Source of the DNA: a virus
Virus record (IMG/VR): IMGVR_UViG_3300045988_117831
DNA length: 64,000 bases
Strand: one strand, 5' to 3'
In this document: one piece after another, positions 29,297 through 38,530 of the stretch
Layout: each line of letters begins with the position of its first letter
How positions within the stretch are numbered: the first letter of the stretch is position 1
Notes under the pieces: generated by a model
Seen by the model: the letters and a program-made list of their open reading frames with translations, nothing else
What the model was told of the DNA's origin: nothing
Databases searched by the model: none
Made by a program: the position numbers and the translations under genes

Positions 29297-30730
29297 TTAC
29301 TCCCCCTTCAGGTAGCTGTCCAGCTCGGCGCACTGCGGAGCAGAACCGGCCGAATCCTGGGCTTTCGATTGACGGCTGGCCGCGCCGCGCGCGGCTTCGA
29401 CACCTTTCAGGTACATGTCGAGCGCCAGTGCTTCCTGGCCCTTCGCGCAGCTGATATTCAGCTTCTTCACGCCGTAAACAGCGACTTCAGCCGAGTCCAT
29501 AGCTCGGTGATCGAACGCACCAACCACGGAGCTAAGACGCTTGTAGAGGCGATCTTTAGCAGCAATGTCGCGATAGAGACCGCGAATTGCAGCATCTTGC
29601 GCGTTCTTCTGTGCCATTTCAGGAAGTTCCTCGCTGTTATCCTTGCCCTCACCACCATCGTCGCTGGCGGTTTGCGCGCCGCTGAGGCTGCTCTGCTCTT
29701 CCAAGCCCTCGACGACATCTTGACCTTCGCCATGCTCTTCGTCCGCCCCTTCGGCTACCGTGCCCTCCAGTCGAGCCAGAATGGCCTTGACTTGAGAGAT
29801 CAGTTCGGCGACTTCGCCTTCACCGGACATTTCGGATGCGGCACCTTCTTGATGCTCCGGCTCGACGGCGGCCACGGCCGGATCGACAACGGAAGGCTCC
29901 TCTTCCTGCTCTTCGTCATCCTTCTGAGCACCTTCCAGAGTCGGATGCTCGGTCAGGTGCTCGCTGTCGGTCGGTTCGGCCGGAGCTGCGCCTTCCTGAT
30001 GCTCCGGCTCCTGCTCTTCTTCGCCCAGGAACTTCTGGACAGACGCAGATAGCTTCGGCCACAGGGCGCGCAACTCTTCGACCGCCGAGTCAGCAGCTTG
30101 CCCTACGCGCTGGACAGGGGGCTTCCGCTTGGCTTTCTTGAGACTCATTTCATTACCCTCATCGGATGGTCTGAAATCAAAACTGAGATGGTCAAAACAC
30201 AGACCATCCAATACTCTGGCCCCCGGCACACGACCCTCTTTTACCAGGGCAATGTGGTTGCCGCGCATCTTGTCCTGGACGACTTCATAAGGTGTTCCGT
30301 TCCAGATGCCGGGTTGCTCAGTGTAGCGGCAACTATAGCCTAGGGACAGGTCTTCTTTGCCCCTTTCCAGCTGATTCTGCATGTTGCGGGAATAGATGCG
30401 GATATCGCCGCGTGCCCATGGGGCTTCGTAGTAAGCGTTGGATGTGATGATGCCCTCCACCCCTTTGTCTTCGGGGGCCACGCTATCGTCATCATCGTCG
30501 AATCCCGACAGCATCTCATGCTCGTCGATCAACGGGAGATTCTTCAGAGATTCGATGTACTCCGGATCGCTGACGGCAGACTCCGGGCGATATACGTTGA
30601 CAATCCGCGTCGGATCGCCCGGAAGACCGAGTTGACCAGCAGAATATTGGAAAACGCCATAAGAGCTGATCGGGCAGCCCTCTATGGTCATATATCCATT
30701 TTCGTCAATTTTTCTTTTCGACTTTGCCAT
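29297..30730 (-). CDS. prohead protease-like (DUF2213-type) N-terminal domain fused to an acidic scaffold-like C-terminal region
   Basis: N-terminal motifs ..VYRPE..LIDEHE..GNHIALVKEGR... The central region is extremely acidic with a duplicated EPEHQEGAA unit. 477 aa. Confidence 0.6.
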   Translation of the reverse strand: MAKSKRKIDENGYMTIEGCPISSYGVFQYSAGQLGLPGDPTRIVNVYRPESAVSDPEYIESLKNLPLIDEHEMLSGFDDDDDSVAPEDKGVEGIITSNAYYEAPWARGDIRIYSRNMQNQLERGKEDLSLGYSCRYTEQPGIWNGTPYEVVQDKMRGNHIALVKEGRVPGARVLDGLCFDHLSFDFRPSDEGNEMSLKKAKRKPPVQRVGQAADSAVEELRALWPKLSASVQKFLGEEEQEPEHQEGAAPAEPTDSEHLTEHPTLEGAQKDDEEQEEEPSVVDPAVAAVEPEHQEGAASEMSGEGEVAELISQVKAILARLEGTVAEGADEEHGEGQDVVEGLEEQSSLSGAQTASDDGGEGKDNSEELPEMAQKNAQDAAIRGLYRDIAAKDRLYKRLSSVVGAFDHRAMDSAEVAVYGVKKLNISCAKGQEALALDMYLKGVEAARGAASRQSKAQDSAGSAPQCAELDSYLKGE

Positions 30731-30869
30731 CGTTAATTCGAAGAGTCGTGGACTATGGCTGTATTATATACGCAGTACATCTAAGGGTAAATAAGCGGAA
30801 CAATAATTAGATGTAGCCGTGACTGTTAACTTACATTATAATTTGTATTATGATCTAATTACCAGTTTC

Positions 30870-31210
30870 CTCAGCCGCGAAAATCCGGTAATTTGGTCTC
30901 GGAAACTTGACGGGATTTGTCTAAGCCTACTGCCGCGAGGCTTTCAACTCCTAAACTAATTCAAATTACCAATTTACCGATTAAAAATTGAATTTCAATA
31001 CGTCTAGAGCATATAGATTGACGTTATATTATAACGTTACTTATAGATGAATTCTATTGGAACGTTACTTCTAATTTCCCAGGCTATATACTTTTGAAGC
31101 ATGCGGCTAAATCGGAAATTAGGAACTGGCTCTGTTAAAGCCTCGCGGCAGTAGGATTTCCAAATTACTGCTATTTTCCGTAAACGGTAATTTGCGGCTA
31201 TCCGGACTAG
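30870..31210. repeat. non-coding repeat element R1, homologous (~85% over an 80-bp core) to 50385-50690
   Basis: Core 30899-30978 (CGGAAACTTGACGGGAT..TGCCGCGAGGCTTTCAA..CAAATTACCAA). A perfect 19-bp inverted repeat at 30926-30944 and 31137-31155 flanks a ~190-bp AT-rich core. The core carries AACGTTACTT x2 and TATACTTTTG. Confidence 0.8.
31064..31092 (+). promoter_or_regulatory. promoter-like GTTACT-17-TATACT inside R1 (variant of the TTTACT family), + strand, no coding target
   Basis: Sequence only. It points antisense to the 31380-31586 gene. Confidence 0.3.
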
Positions 31211-31379
31211 AATTTTTAGTCAGAATCCAGATTTTTCTCAGTATCATCGGCCAAAGCCATCAAGATGGCGAAGCCGATGATTGCCAAATCGATGGCGGCA
31301 AACTTCAGGCTGAAGAATCCGCCGTGAATATTGGCCCTGATTACATCGACCACGAGTCGGCGCCGGCACGTCTTGCGGT

Positions 31380-31586
31380 TCATTTCACGAGCCTCGACAG
31401 AGAGTCCACCAGGGCGCGAAGATCGGCGACGAGCTCAGGCGAACAATCTTTCGCCGTCTTCCCTTTCTCACTGCGCTGGATGGAGTAAGCGATGGCCGCA
31501 GCCTGCTTTGGGTCCTTACCGGCTTCGATTTCCCGCTTGATGTTTTCAGAACGAGCCTCATTGGAATTGCCATGAACTAACGGCAT
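31380..31586 (-). CDS. small charged hypothetical protein (68 aa)
   Basis: GGAG SD; downstream of the MuF-like gene. Confidence 0.55.
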   Translation of the reverse strand: MPLVHGNSNEARSENIKREIEAGKDPKQAAAIAYSIQRSEKGKTAKDCSPELVADLRALVDSLSRLVK

Positions 31587-31604
31587 ATAGCGCTCCTATC
31601 GATA

Positions 31605-32444
31605 TCAAATGATCGGTATCTTTCTGCACCTACAGTTAATCGCCCATCCTGGCGGCCCCTGGTCTGCTTTCGGACCCTCCCAAAGTCTGGGGTCATTCAG
31701 CTTGAACCTCTTCCCATCTTTCTCCAGGTGGGTGTGGCGAGGAGTCTTGCCGGCAGAAGAGTGTAGCCACTCGAACTCCTCGACTCCATTTTCCGCCATT
31801 CTCTCATCGCTCAGAGAACTGTAAAGCTTGCTTGTTTGATCTCTTGCGATGAGTTCGATTCGATCTTCAGAAAACTTCCCGACTTTGCGAAGTGCGTTAG
31901 TTATGCCGGAAGTTCCTTGCTCTTCCGGATTCGGGGAAGTCAGAGACAGCATTACTGATGTGTAAATCTTCTCGTGGACTTCCTCTTGGATCTTGGTGAT
32001 GAGAGTATGATTGTAAGTGGTTGCGGCCTCCAGGGTGTTCCTGACGCTCTCATTATACGCAGCTCGTGGCTGATCGACGCCGGCCACCGACAAGCTGTGA
32101 AGGGTCGCGGCAGTGGCGGCTTCTTCGGTCCGGTTGACGAACTCCGGGGCGATCTTGGCCGCGAAACCTTCAAAAATGCGGCTCCATCGCTGCTGTAGGC
32201 TTCGAAGGGTCATCTTGAACAGGACGTTAACGGATTCGTCTCTGGCGAAGAACCGTTCGGCCGCAGGCTGGGACAGCGCCTTCTCAATCTCGTTTCGATA
32301 GTCGGAGATCATGAGCTTGGACATATCCTTCATCTGCTTTCGATACCAGGCCTCGATTCCTGCCGATGGAATTATGGGCTTCCCTCTTCCGACTGGAAGA
32401 GGTGCCCGGCGCTCGCGCTTTTTGGAGGCCTTGAATGCCATCAC
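31605..32444 (-). CDS. head morphogenesis protein, Mu gpF / SPP1 gp7 family
   Basis: C-terminal ..PPGWAINCRCRKIPI-COOH is typical of the MuF family. Overlaps the portal gene stop (ATGA). Confidence 0.75.
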   Translation of the reverse strand: MMAFKASKKRERRAPLPVGRGKPIIPSAGIEAWYRKQMKDMSKLMISDYRNEIEKALSQPAAERFFARDESVNVLFKMTLRSLQQRWSRIFEGFAAKIAPEFVNRTEEAATAATLHSLSVAGVDQPRAAYNESVRNTLEAATTYNHTLITKIQEEVHEKIYTSVMLSLTSPNPEEQGTSGITNALRKVGKFSEDRIELIARDQTSKLYSSLSDERMAENGVEEFEWLHSSAGKTPRHTHLEKDGKRFKLNDPRLWEGPKADQGPPGWAINCRCRKIPII

Positions 32445-34738
32445 TCGCCCCCGAATGGTTTGGTGGTGTCGCCGTTCGCCAGCCAGCGACGGAAAGCGGG
32501 CAGGTCAACTTCATGGATGGAGCCGAGACCATCCCAGCCCGGACGGAAGCAGGACAGATATCCGGACTTCGCATCGTTGATGTTGTTGAAGCCGAGCATA
32601 CACTTGTGCTCGTCAAACTGACCTTCCTTGTTCACTTGGTTGACGACGAAGACCCGTTTGGATCCCAGATTCGGACCGACGAAGCAATCGACTTCATCCC
32701 CATCAGCGCCTTTCGTTCCCTTGATGAACCCGTAGTGGTGTTTCATCTGAACTCGCCAACTCCCATCCTTTCCTTGCCGAATGCTTCCGCGCGGATTTTC
32801 GATCAAGGTGGTTATTCCATTCACCTTGATTCTCTGGAGTTCCGAATGATCACGAGGCCCGATGATGCGGTTGGACGAAAACACCGAAGGCTCCATGCCA
32901 GACACGCCAGGTTGGGACGTGCGCTTTAAGCCAGGCGCATCATTGTGCTCTATGTCTACGCCGTCCGGCGCCTTAATGTCGTCCAGGTCTTGGAGCTTCG
33001 ACAAAAGATCGACCAACAAGTTCCGCAGCTCGGCCTTGGGGTCCGGTCGCGACGGCGGTTCAGCGGCCTCGCTGGCCCCTTCCTCGGCCGCTTTCGCGAG
33101 AGGCTTAGTCCCGCGTGGAGCGGCGGGAACCGGGCCGCCTGCGCCCTCTACGGCGCCCGCCTGGGCTTCGGCTCGCTCGGCTTCGCCTTTCGCCTTTGTC
33201 GACTGTGCACCGGCCTTCTCGAATTCGGCCAGGTTTTCCGGAGACATGCCCGGTTCGGTTTCTGCCTGATCGTCGGTGAGTCGGTTGTAGCCGGAACGCG
33301 GATCGTCGCGCAGACGCTCGCGAACTTCATCCGGAGACACAACGCCAGAGTTGATGTAGATTTCGTCGGTAGCGGCTTTCTTGTTGTTCAATTCGGCTTG
33401 TTGCTGGCTGGACGTGGAGTCTACAGGATTCCAGACGATTTCCAGCTGCACATCGATTTCTTCCGACTTCGCCAGAAGCAAATAGTGGCGTTCAAGAAGT
33501 GGGTCGAATATGTGCTCTTGAATGGACTCCAGTTCTTCGTGATAAGAAATCGTTTCGTGCTCACCAGTGGCATTGAATCCTTTTGGAGAAGTGCCGAGGA
33601 GCTTCGTGGCTGGAGTCTTGGCGATGGCCGCGACCAGCTGATATTGGTTCATGATGATGCTGTCGAAGTCGGCCAGGTTCGTGTCGAACTGCTCCATGCC
33701 TTCGTCAATTCCCAGAACTTTCACGCCGTGGTTATCACGGTTGGCGATCCAGAACGCCAGGCGAGCGTTGAAGGCCTCTTCGTTCGCGATGGCCTTCTCC
33801 ACGTCAACGTGGATGGTGCTGGTTCGCTTCGACATGGCAAGCAGCGGGGCTTCGTTCGCCGTCCGTTCCGCTGCATACACGCGCTCATAGATTCTCTGGG
33901 TGAGCGGGATACCGCCGAAGATGTATGTAGGCTTCAGGATATCTGGCGGCTGCGGTCCACGAACCACCACTAGGTGGCTGCGGTGATATTTTTTGCCGCT
34001 GATAATCCAGAAATCCGGCTCATAGAAATGTTCGGAAGACGGATCTGCCGTCGAGCCAGCAGTGAGCTGCGGCATTGCCCAGTATGGATCGATCTGGGAG
34101 ATTCCCTTGTAGGAGCCGGGCGTGATTCCATCCGGATTGAACGGCTTTTCGTAGTAGTCCGGATCGTCAGACTCCACGACGAACAGCGCGATACGAACGC
34201 CGAAAACGTTCTTGAATCTGTTGAGTTCGACAAGGTTGTCTTTGACGCGAAACTCCATGTCGCGCCGGGCGATCAGCGCGCTTTGTTCATCGGATAGCTT
34301 CCTGCCGTCCGATTTGAGTTCCCATCCGTTCCGTGCTGCGTCTTCCCCAGACATGGAACAAGCTTTGTCCACCAACCAGTGCTGGGAAATGATTGCGCAA
34401 GCTTGGTATCCGATAAACCCTTGGGAATTGTACCAGTCCTGCAACATAGTCGGGACGACATAGGGATTCTGGCCGCCCGCAGCAGCCTTCGCGGCCGGAG
34501 TTGGTCCATCACCATACGCACTATCCATCGCTACAGATAGGCCCGGCTCCAGGAAATCTTTCACACTACGAATGACCGGGGTTTTCTCCGGCTCGACGTT
34601 CCAGCCGCGAATCCTTCCCAGCTTGATCATGGGGTCGAGCGGATCGTGTTGAGGGATTTGTGCGACTTTCTCCGGCGCCGATTCCGAACAGGCAGCATTA
34701 TCCTTTTTGCGCCCGAATATCCAGGAAAGTTTAAACAT
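32441..34738 (-). CDS. portal protein with long acidic C-terminal extension
   Basis: 765 aa. Position directly upstream of the MuF-like gene, and portal-like core. Confidence 0.6.
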   Translation of the reverse strand: MFKLSWIFGRKKDNAACSESAPEKVAQIPQHDPLDPMIKLGRIRGWNVEPEKTPVIRSVKDFLEPGLSVAMDSAYGDGPTPAAKAAAGGQNPYVVPTMLQDWYNSQGFIGYQACAIISQHWLVDKACSMSGEDAARNGWELKSDGRKLSDEQSALIARRDMEFRVKDNLVELNRFKNVFGVRIALFVVESDDPDYYEKPFNPDGITPGSYKGISQIDPYWAMPQLTAGSTADPSSEHFYEPDFWIISGKKYHRSHLVVVRGPQPPDILKPTYIFGGIPLTQRIYERVYAAERTANEAPLLAMSKRTSTIHVDVEKAIANEEAFNARLAFWIANRDNHGVKVLGIDEGMEQFDTNLADFDSIIMNQYQLVAAIAKTPATKLLGTSPKGFNATGEHETISYHEELESIQEHIFDPLLERHYLLLAKSEEIDVQLEIVWNPVDSTSSQQQAELNNKKAATDEIYINSGVVSPDEVRERLRDDPRSGYNRLTDDQAETEPGMSPENLAEFEKAGAQSTKAKGEAERAEAQAGAVEGAGGPVPAAPRGTKPLAKAAEEGASEAAEPPSRPDPKAELRNLLVDLLSKLQDLDDIKAPDGVDIEHNDAPGLKRTSQPGVSGMEPSVFSSNRIIGPRDHSELQRIKVNGITTLIENPRGSIRQGKDGSWRVQMKHHYGFIKGTKGADGDEVDCFVGPNLGSKRVFVVNQVNKEGQFDEHKCMLGFNNINDAKSGYLSCFRPGWDGLGSIHEVDLPAFRRWLANGDTTKPFGGE

Positions 34739-34772
34739 TGTAGTTCCACGTGGTTGTTGACTGTGTGCGCTT

Positions 34773-34801
34773 ATTATAGGGGAAACATCAAACGTTCAAA
34801 A
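34773..34801 (-). promoter_or_regulatory. candidate sigma70 promoter for the portal/head operon (TTGAAC-N16/17-TATAAT on - strand)
   Basis: AT-rich divergent region. Perfect TATAAT at + 34773-34778 (reverse complement). Confidence 0.4.
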
Positions 34802-34862
34802 GAGATTCAAACATATACATCAGATTAACAGTTGCAACTAATCAGTTATGAGAAAATAATTC

Positions 34863-34891
34863 TTTACGGGAACTTTTCGGCAGATTAGACT
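34863..34891 (+). promoter_or_regulatory. TTTACG-17-TAGACT promoter (TTTACT-family variant) for the + block starting at 34919
   Basis: CTTTACG -35 box, 17-nt spacer. Confidence 0.4.
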
Positions 34892-34918
34892 CTAATTATC
34901 AACCAATGGAGATTAAAC

Positions 34919-35320
34919 ATGAATACTCTTTTGCCAATCGTACATATCGTGTTGAAAGACGGCGAAGTTCTGGGCGTATTCGATTGCGACAAATCGGCAA
35001 GATTGTTTCGCGACATGAAAGGCGGCGTGCTGGATTCCTGGATGGTGGAATCGCAGAACAGCTCGCGTTCACGCCTCGTCACGAAAGAAAGCTATGAAGT
35101 CGGTGATCACGTCATATACCTGGACGAGCACGGAGAAGGACACGGCAAGGTTCTGGCGGTTGAGCCACGAGGCGAGCGTGCTGTCGGCGGACGGGAGCTG
35201 TACAACCTATATCAAATCAGCAGCGACGATCCGTCCGTGGAGATTTGGATGCTCGACGCAGACATCATCGGCATTTATCCCGACGAAAAGCGCTTTACTC
35301 CTGGCGAGCAGATGGAATAG
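34919..35320 (+). CDS. hypothetical protein (133 aa)
   Basis: GGAG SD; first gene of the + block. Confidence 0.55.
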   Translation: MNTLLPIVHIVLKDGEVLGVFDCDKSARLFRDMKGGVLDSWMVESQNSSRSRLVTKESYEVGDHVIYLDEHGEGHGKVLAVEPRGERAVGGRELYNLYQISSDDPSVEIWMLDADIIGIYPDEKRFTPGEQME

Positions 35321-35351
35321 ACTCTGCTCATCAACTAAAGAGGGTGACGAA

Positions 35352-35675
35352 ATGGCGAGTATCACCGTATGGATTGCTACTGCTTTCCTTTGCACTGGAG
35401 ACGGCTGCGTCCAGATGCCGGACCATACTAGCAGACGGTTCGACAGTAAGGCTCAGTGCGAAGACGTCATGCTAAGAGCGATTGATAAGATGTGGGAGCG
35501 GCACCAATTGGTCGTCCAGGCCGTTTGCACGCCTTATTTCCTGAGCAGCACTGAGACTCCCGGATTCTACAGTCCGCCGCCCCAGCCACCGACTGGTCTG
35601 AACCGTATGTGGGACAATTGGATTCGCGGCGGCGGTCTGCCATCCTATGAGCCAGGAAGAGGGTGGAGCGAATGA
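35352..35675 (+). CDS. small secreted/membrane protein with N-terminal hydrophobic segment, Cys cluster and Pro-rich C-terminus (107 aa)
   Basis: AGAGGG SD. N-terminus MASITVWIATAFLCTGDGC, later ..SPPPQPPTG... The ORF-track start at 35094 is unsupported upstream. Confidence 0.5.
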   Translation: MASITVWIATAFLCTGDGCVQMPDHTSRRFDSKAQCEDVMLRAIDKMWERHQLVVQAVCTPYFLSSTETPGFYSPPPQPPTGLNRMWDNWIRGGGLPSYEPGRGWSE

Positions 35676-35875
35676 AGCCGCGCCGTCCGGAAGTTCGGGT
35701 GAGCCTGGAAACCGCCCTCTGGATGTCGACATCCGCTGCACTCCTCGCGGCGATTATCGCCGGCGCGGTTTTCCCGCCTTCGACGATTCAATGTCCGGAA
35801 GAAAGACCGCCTGCGACCGAGCGTTTTCACCATCCGGAAAACAGCAAGTTCTTTCCTCACATACAAAAGGGATAG
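35672..35875 (+). CDS. small membrane protein (68 aa, one TM)
   Basis: ATGA overlap with the previous stop; GGTGGAG SD; TM segment ALWMSTSAALLAAIIAGAVF. Confidence 0.45.
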   Translation: MKPRRPEVRVSLETALWMSTSAALLAAIIAGAVFPPSTIQCPEERPPATERFHHPENSKFFPHIQKG

Positions 35876-35880
35876 TGAGT

Positions 35881-36192
35881 ATGAAGTATGTAGTCCTGAA
35901 GCTGACGGTCCGTGGCATGTCGCGTGAAGTTCCTGTGATCTTCCCCGACCTCATCAGTCATGTGAACATGGCCGCGAGTGCAATTGTGGCCCTCGATGCT
36001 GAGTGCGAAGACTTCAAGAAGGCCGGCGACAAAGTTGATATCACCGCAGTATCGGCAGGATTCCTGTCTTCGATGGATATCGATGCGAAATGCAACGGCC
36101 AGTCGGACTCTTTGGGCGGTCTGAAGTCGAGGGAATCAGAGGATGATGGTCTCATCCGAATGATCGACTATACCCATGGTTACGTCGGTTAA
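35881..36192 (+). CDS. hypothetical protein (103 aa)
   Basis: AAGGGA SD; starts MKYVVLKLTVRG... Confidence 0.5.
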   Translation: MKYVVLKLTVRGMSREVPVIFPDLISHVNMAASAIVALDAECEDFKKAGDKVDITAVSAGFLSSMDIDAKCNGQSDSLGGLKSRESEDDGLIRMIDYTHGYVG

Positions 36193-36433
36193 GGCGCGCT
36201 GCCTTTCATGCGACAGACGCGCCGTCTTGGACGAACGAAAACTGAAGTCGAAGCGCCCACCAGTCTGTAGATGGTGTGGAGGATCGACCTGGCGAATAGT
36301 CATGGAAGTTACCTGTTATAGTTCGTGTAGACCCTATCCCCACAGGGCTGGCTCGGTCGGATGCATTCTGGATCGATCAGGCTCAACAATAATCGTCGAA
36401 CTTCCTGGAGTCCCAGACGATTTTCCTTTTTGA
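36176..36433 (+). CDS. Cys-rich putative zinc-ribbon protein (85 aa)
   Basis: CLSCDRR..CRWCGG (CxxC..CxxC). Overlaps the previous gene by 17 nt. Confidence 0.35.
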   Translation: MVTSVKARCLSCDRRAVLDERKLKSKRPPVCRWCGGSTWRIVMEVTCYSSCRPYPHRAGSVGCILDRSGSTIIVELPGVPDDFPF

Positions 36434-36440
36434 GGTGAAC

Positions 36441-36731
36441 ATGGCTACTAAGGCCGATTTGGAACTGGAAGTTCAGCAGCTTCGACGAGTAGTGAAATCT
36501 CGCGAGCAAGAAATTGAAGAGTTGCACGGACGACTGGAGCGCCATCGAGACATCATTCGTCGCGTCCGGCTCTATCTTTGGAGCCGTCTGCTGATCCATC
36601 GCCGGACGGCCGAAACCCTGGAAGTCGGCGACAGCATCGCCAAGACCATCGCCGCGAAAACGGCACAAGGCCGCGAACGACGTTCTAGGCATCATTCAGC
36701 ATTTGAACGACTACTGCGACAGCTATGCTGA
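36441..36731 (+). CDS. hypothetical coiled-coil/basic protein (96 aa)
   Basis: GAGGTG SD. Confidence 0.45.
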   Translation: MATKADLELEVQQLRRVVKSREQEIEELHGRLERHRDIIRRVRLYLWSRLLIHRRTAETLEVGDSIAKTIAAKTAQGRERRSRHHSAFERLLRQLC

Positions 36732-36892
36732 GTACGACTACAACGACGGCGCTGAGCATGGGTTCAAGATCAATAGCGACATTTATTGATTGTCTTCGAC
36801 CCGACGAACGGTAGTGAGAAATCTCTACCGTTTTTCCATTTCTGGCGTATAGTCAACTCATCGAAACGAACTTTCCAAACAGGAGAATCGAC

Positions 36893-37825
36893 ATGAACGC
36901 AGCAGAGAATCTGTTCACCGGCTTCGAAGACCTGGGTGATGACTTCGCTACCGTAGAGATCAACAACGAAGCGCCGAAGACCCTGGAAGACGTGTCCATG
37001 GGTGCCCGCCCGAACTCCCGGAAGGAAGTGAAGCTGTATCGCGACAAGTGCACCAAATGCGCAGGCACCGGCCTGTACCGTGGCCCTTCGTCTTATGGTC
37101 GCGCCTGCTTTGCCTGCGGCGGCGTCGGATACAAAGAGTATAAAACCAGCCCGGAGCAGCGCGCCAAGAGCCGTGCTAAGGCGGTAGAAAAGCGCATCGA
37201 GAAAATCTGTAGCGCTGCGCAAGAGCGCGACCTCAAAATTAAGGCCTTCGAAGCCGCGCACCCGGACATCATCGAGTGGTGGACTGGAAATTCCTTCAGC
37301 TTCGCTCAGAGCCTTCAGGAGTCGTTGTATAAATACGGCTCCTTGACAGAAAATCAGATCGCTGCTGCGAAGCGCGCCATCGAAAACCTCGCCAAGTATC
37401 GCGAGAAAGTGGCCGCGCAGGAAGCTGCTGCGCCGACTCTGGACATTTCCGGCATCGAGAAAGCGTTTGAGAAGGCGAAAGAGTCTGGTATCAAGCGCCC
37501 GAAAATCCGCCTAGCTGGCGAAGGCGAGGAGCCGCTCATCGTTGTTGTGAAAGAGGCTAGCGCTCACAGCCGGAACGCCGGTAGCCTGTACGTCCTGGGC
37601 GACATCTACCTCGGCCGGATCACCAATGGCAAATTCATCAAGAGTCGCGACTGCACCGATACTGAGCACGACGACGTTCTGAAGATGTTCGAAAAGCCGA
37701 TGGAATCGGCAGTCGCCTACGGTCGGAAGACTGGTCAGTGCTCCTGCTGCGGTCGCGAGTTGACCAACCACGCATCCATCGAAATGGGCATTGGCCCGAT
37801 CTGTGCCGGAAAATTCTTCGGATGA
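36893..37825 (+). CDS. protein with N-terminal C4 zinc ribbon and C-terminal CxCCGR..GxGPxC zinc-binding motif (310 aa)
   Basis: CTKCAGTG..CFACGG at the N-terminus. The C-terminal GQCSCCGRELTNHASIEMGIGPICAGKF resembles a short phage zinc-binding module. Confidence 0.6.
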   Translation: MNAAENLFTGFEDLGDDFATVEINNEAPKTLEDVSMGARPNSRKEVKLYRDKCTKCAGTGLYRGPSSYGRACFACGGVGYKEYKTSPEQRAKSRAKAVEKRIEKICSAAQERDLKIKAFEAAHPDIIEWWTGNSFSFAQSLQESLYKYGSLTENQIAAAKRAIENLAKYREKVAAQEAAAPTLDISGIEKAFEKAKESGIKRPKIRLAGEGEEPLIVVVKEASAHSRNAGSLYVLGDIYLGRITNGKFIKSRDCTDTEHDDVLKMFEKPMESAVAYGRKTGQCSCCGRELTNHASIEMGIGPICAGKFFG

Positions 37826-37926
37826 TCTACACGACCATCAAAGCCATGGCCTGGTTCGCCCTTCTATGGGCGACCGGCTTATCAATCGTAACTCTCACAA
37901 TACATTTCTGCTACTGAGGATTATCC

Positions 37927-38514
37927 ATGAGCACCGTCCATGACCCGATGAAGGACAAGATCACTCTGCACGGCCTGGGGTTCATTCAGGTCCAACTTCC
38001 GGCCGGTCGCCTCCATGTTTGGCACCCGGAGCTGCCGCGTCGGCTTTGCTTCAATCACTCGGCCATCCACGATCATCGATTCGATTTCGAGTCTCTGGTG
38101 CTGGTTGGATCGATGGAGAACATCAACTATTACGAGGATCGCTCGGCTTGCCTCGGCGAAATGACTCACGAAGGTTATGAGCATTCTTCGGCTCGCCAGG
38201 CTTGCGGCGGTCGCGGCTGGAATCCTGTGGGCTCTGTATGTCTGCGCCAGAGGCAAAGATTTGTTATCGACGCCGGGCAGCAATATTCGATGTCTGCGTA
38301 CGTTCCGCACAGGACGAATCCGCTCGGTGACGGCCGCGTGGCGACTCTCATGCGGAAAGGCAGTGTTCATAAATGGCCTGCCACTTCCTATGTGACGCTG
38401 GGCGTCGATCCTGAAACCGACTTCGACCGTTACCAGTGGTCTGTTCCGACGCTCTGGGAAGTCGTCATTGATGTTCTCGGCGGCGCAGAGTTTCAAATCC
38501 CCTCCATCCCGTAA
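37927..38514 (+). CDS. hypothetical protein with His-rich cupin-like metal-binding motif (195 aa)
   Basis: ..LHVWHPE..IHDHRFDFESLVLVG.. (HxH..E..G spacing like cupin motif 1). Confidence 0.5.
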   Translation: MSTVHDPMKDKITLHGLGFIQVQLPAGRLHVWHPELPRRLCFNHSAIHDHRFDFESLVLVGSMENINYYEDRSACLGEMTHEGYEHSSARQACGGRGWNPVGSVCLRQRQRFVIDAGQQYSMSAYVPHRTNPLGDGRVATLMRKGSVHKWPATSYVTLGVDPETDFDRYQWSVPTLWEVVIDVLGGAEFQIPSIP

Positions 38515-38530
38515 CCGAAGGAATCTGAAA

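Noticed and set aside
27482-30052. 856-aa + strand ORF spanning the capsid and scaffold region, and 1003-aa-class antisense ORFs elsewhere (e.g. 22871-24601 +, 61653-63884 -).
   Set aside because: They run antisense to well-supported structural or enzymatic genes, with low-complexity Arg/Gly/Ala-rich translations and no start-site signals.
30926-31155. Inverted repeats flanking an AT-rich non-coding segment looked like a retron msr/msd locus or a DGR template repeat.
   Set aside because: There is no reverse transcriptase gene anywhere in the window, and the tail fibre has no VR/TR-like adenine-biased repeat pair. The element is present twice as a generic regulatory/ori-like module.
31192-31488. 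98-aa + strand ORF overlapping the 68-aa - strand gene.
   Set aside because: It is antisense to a gene with a good SD and operon context, has no SD of its own, and starts inside the R1 repeat.
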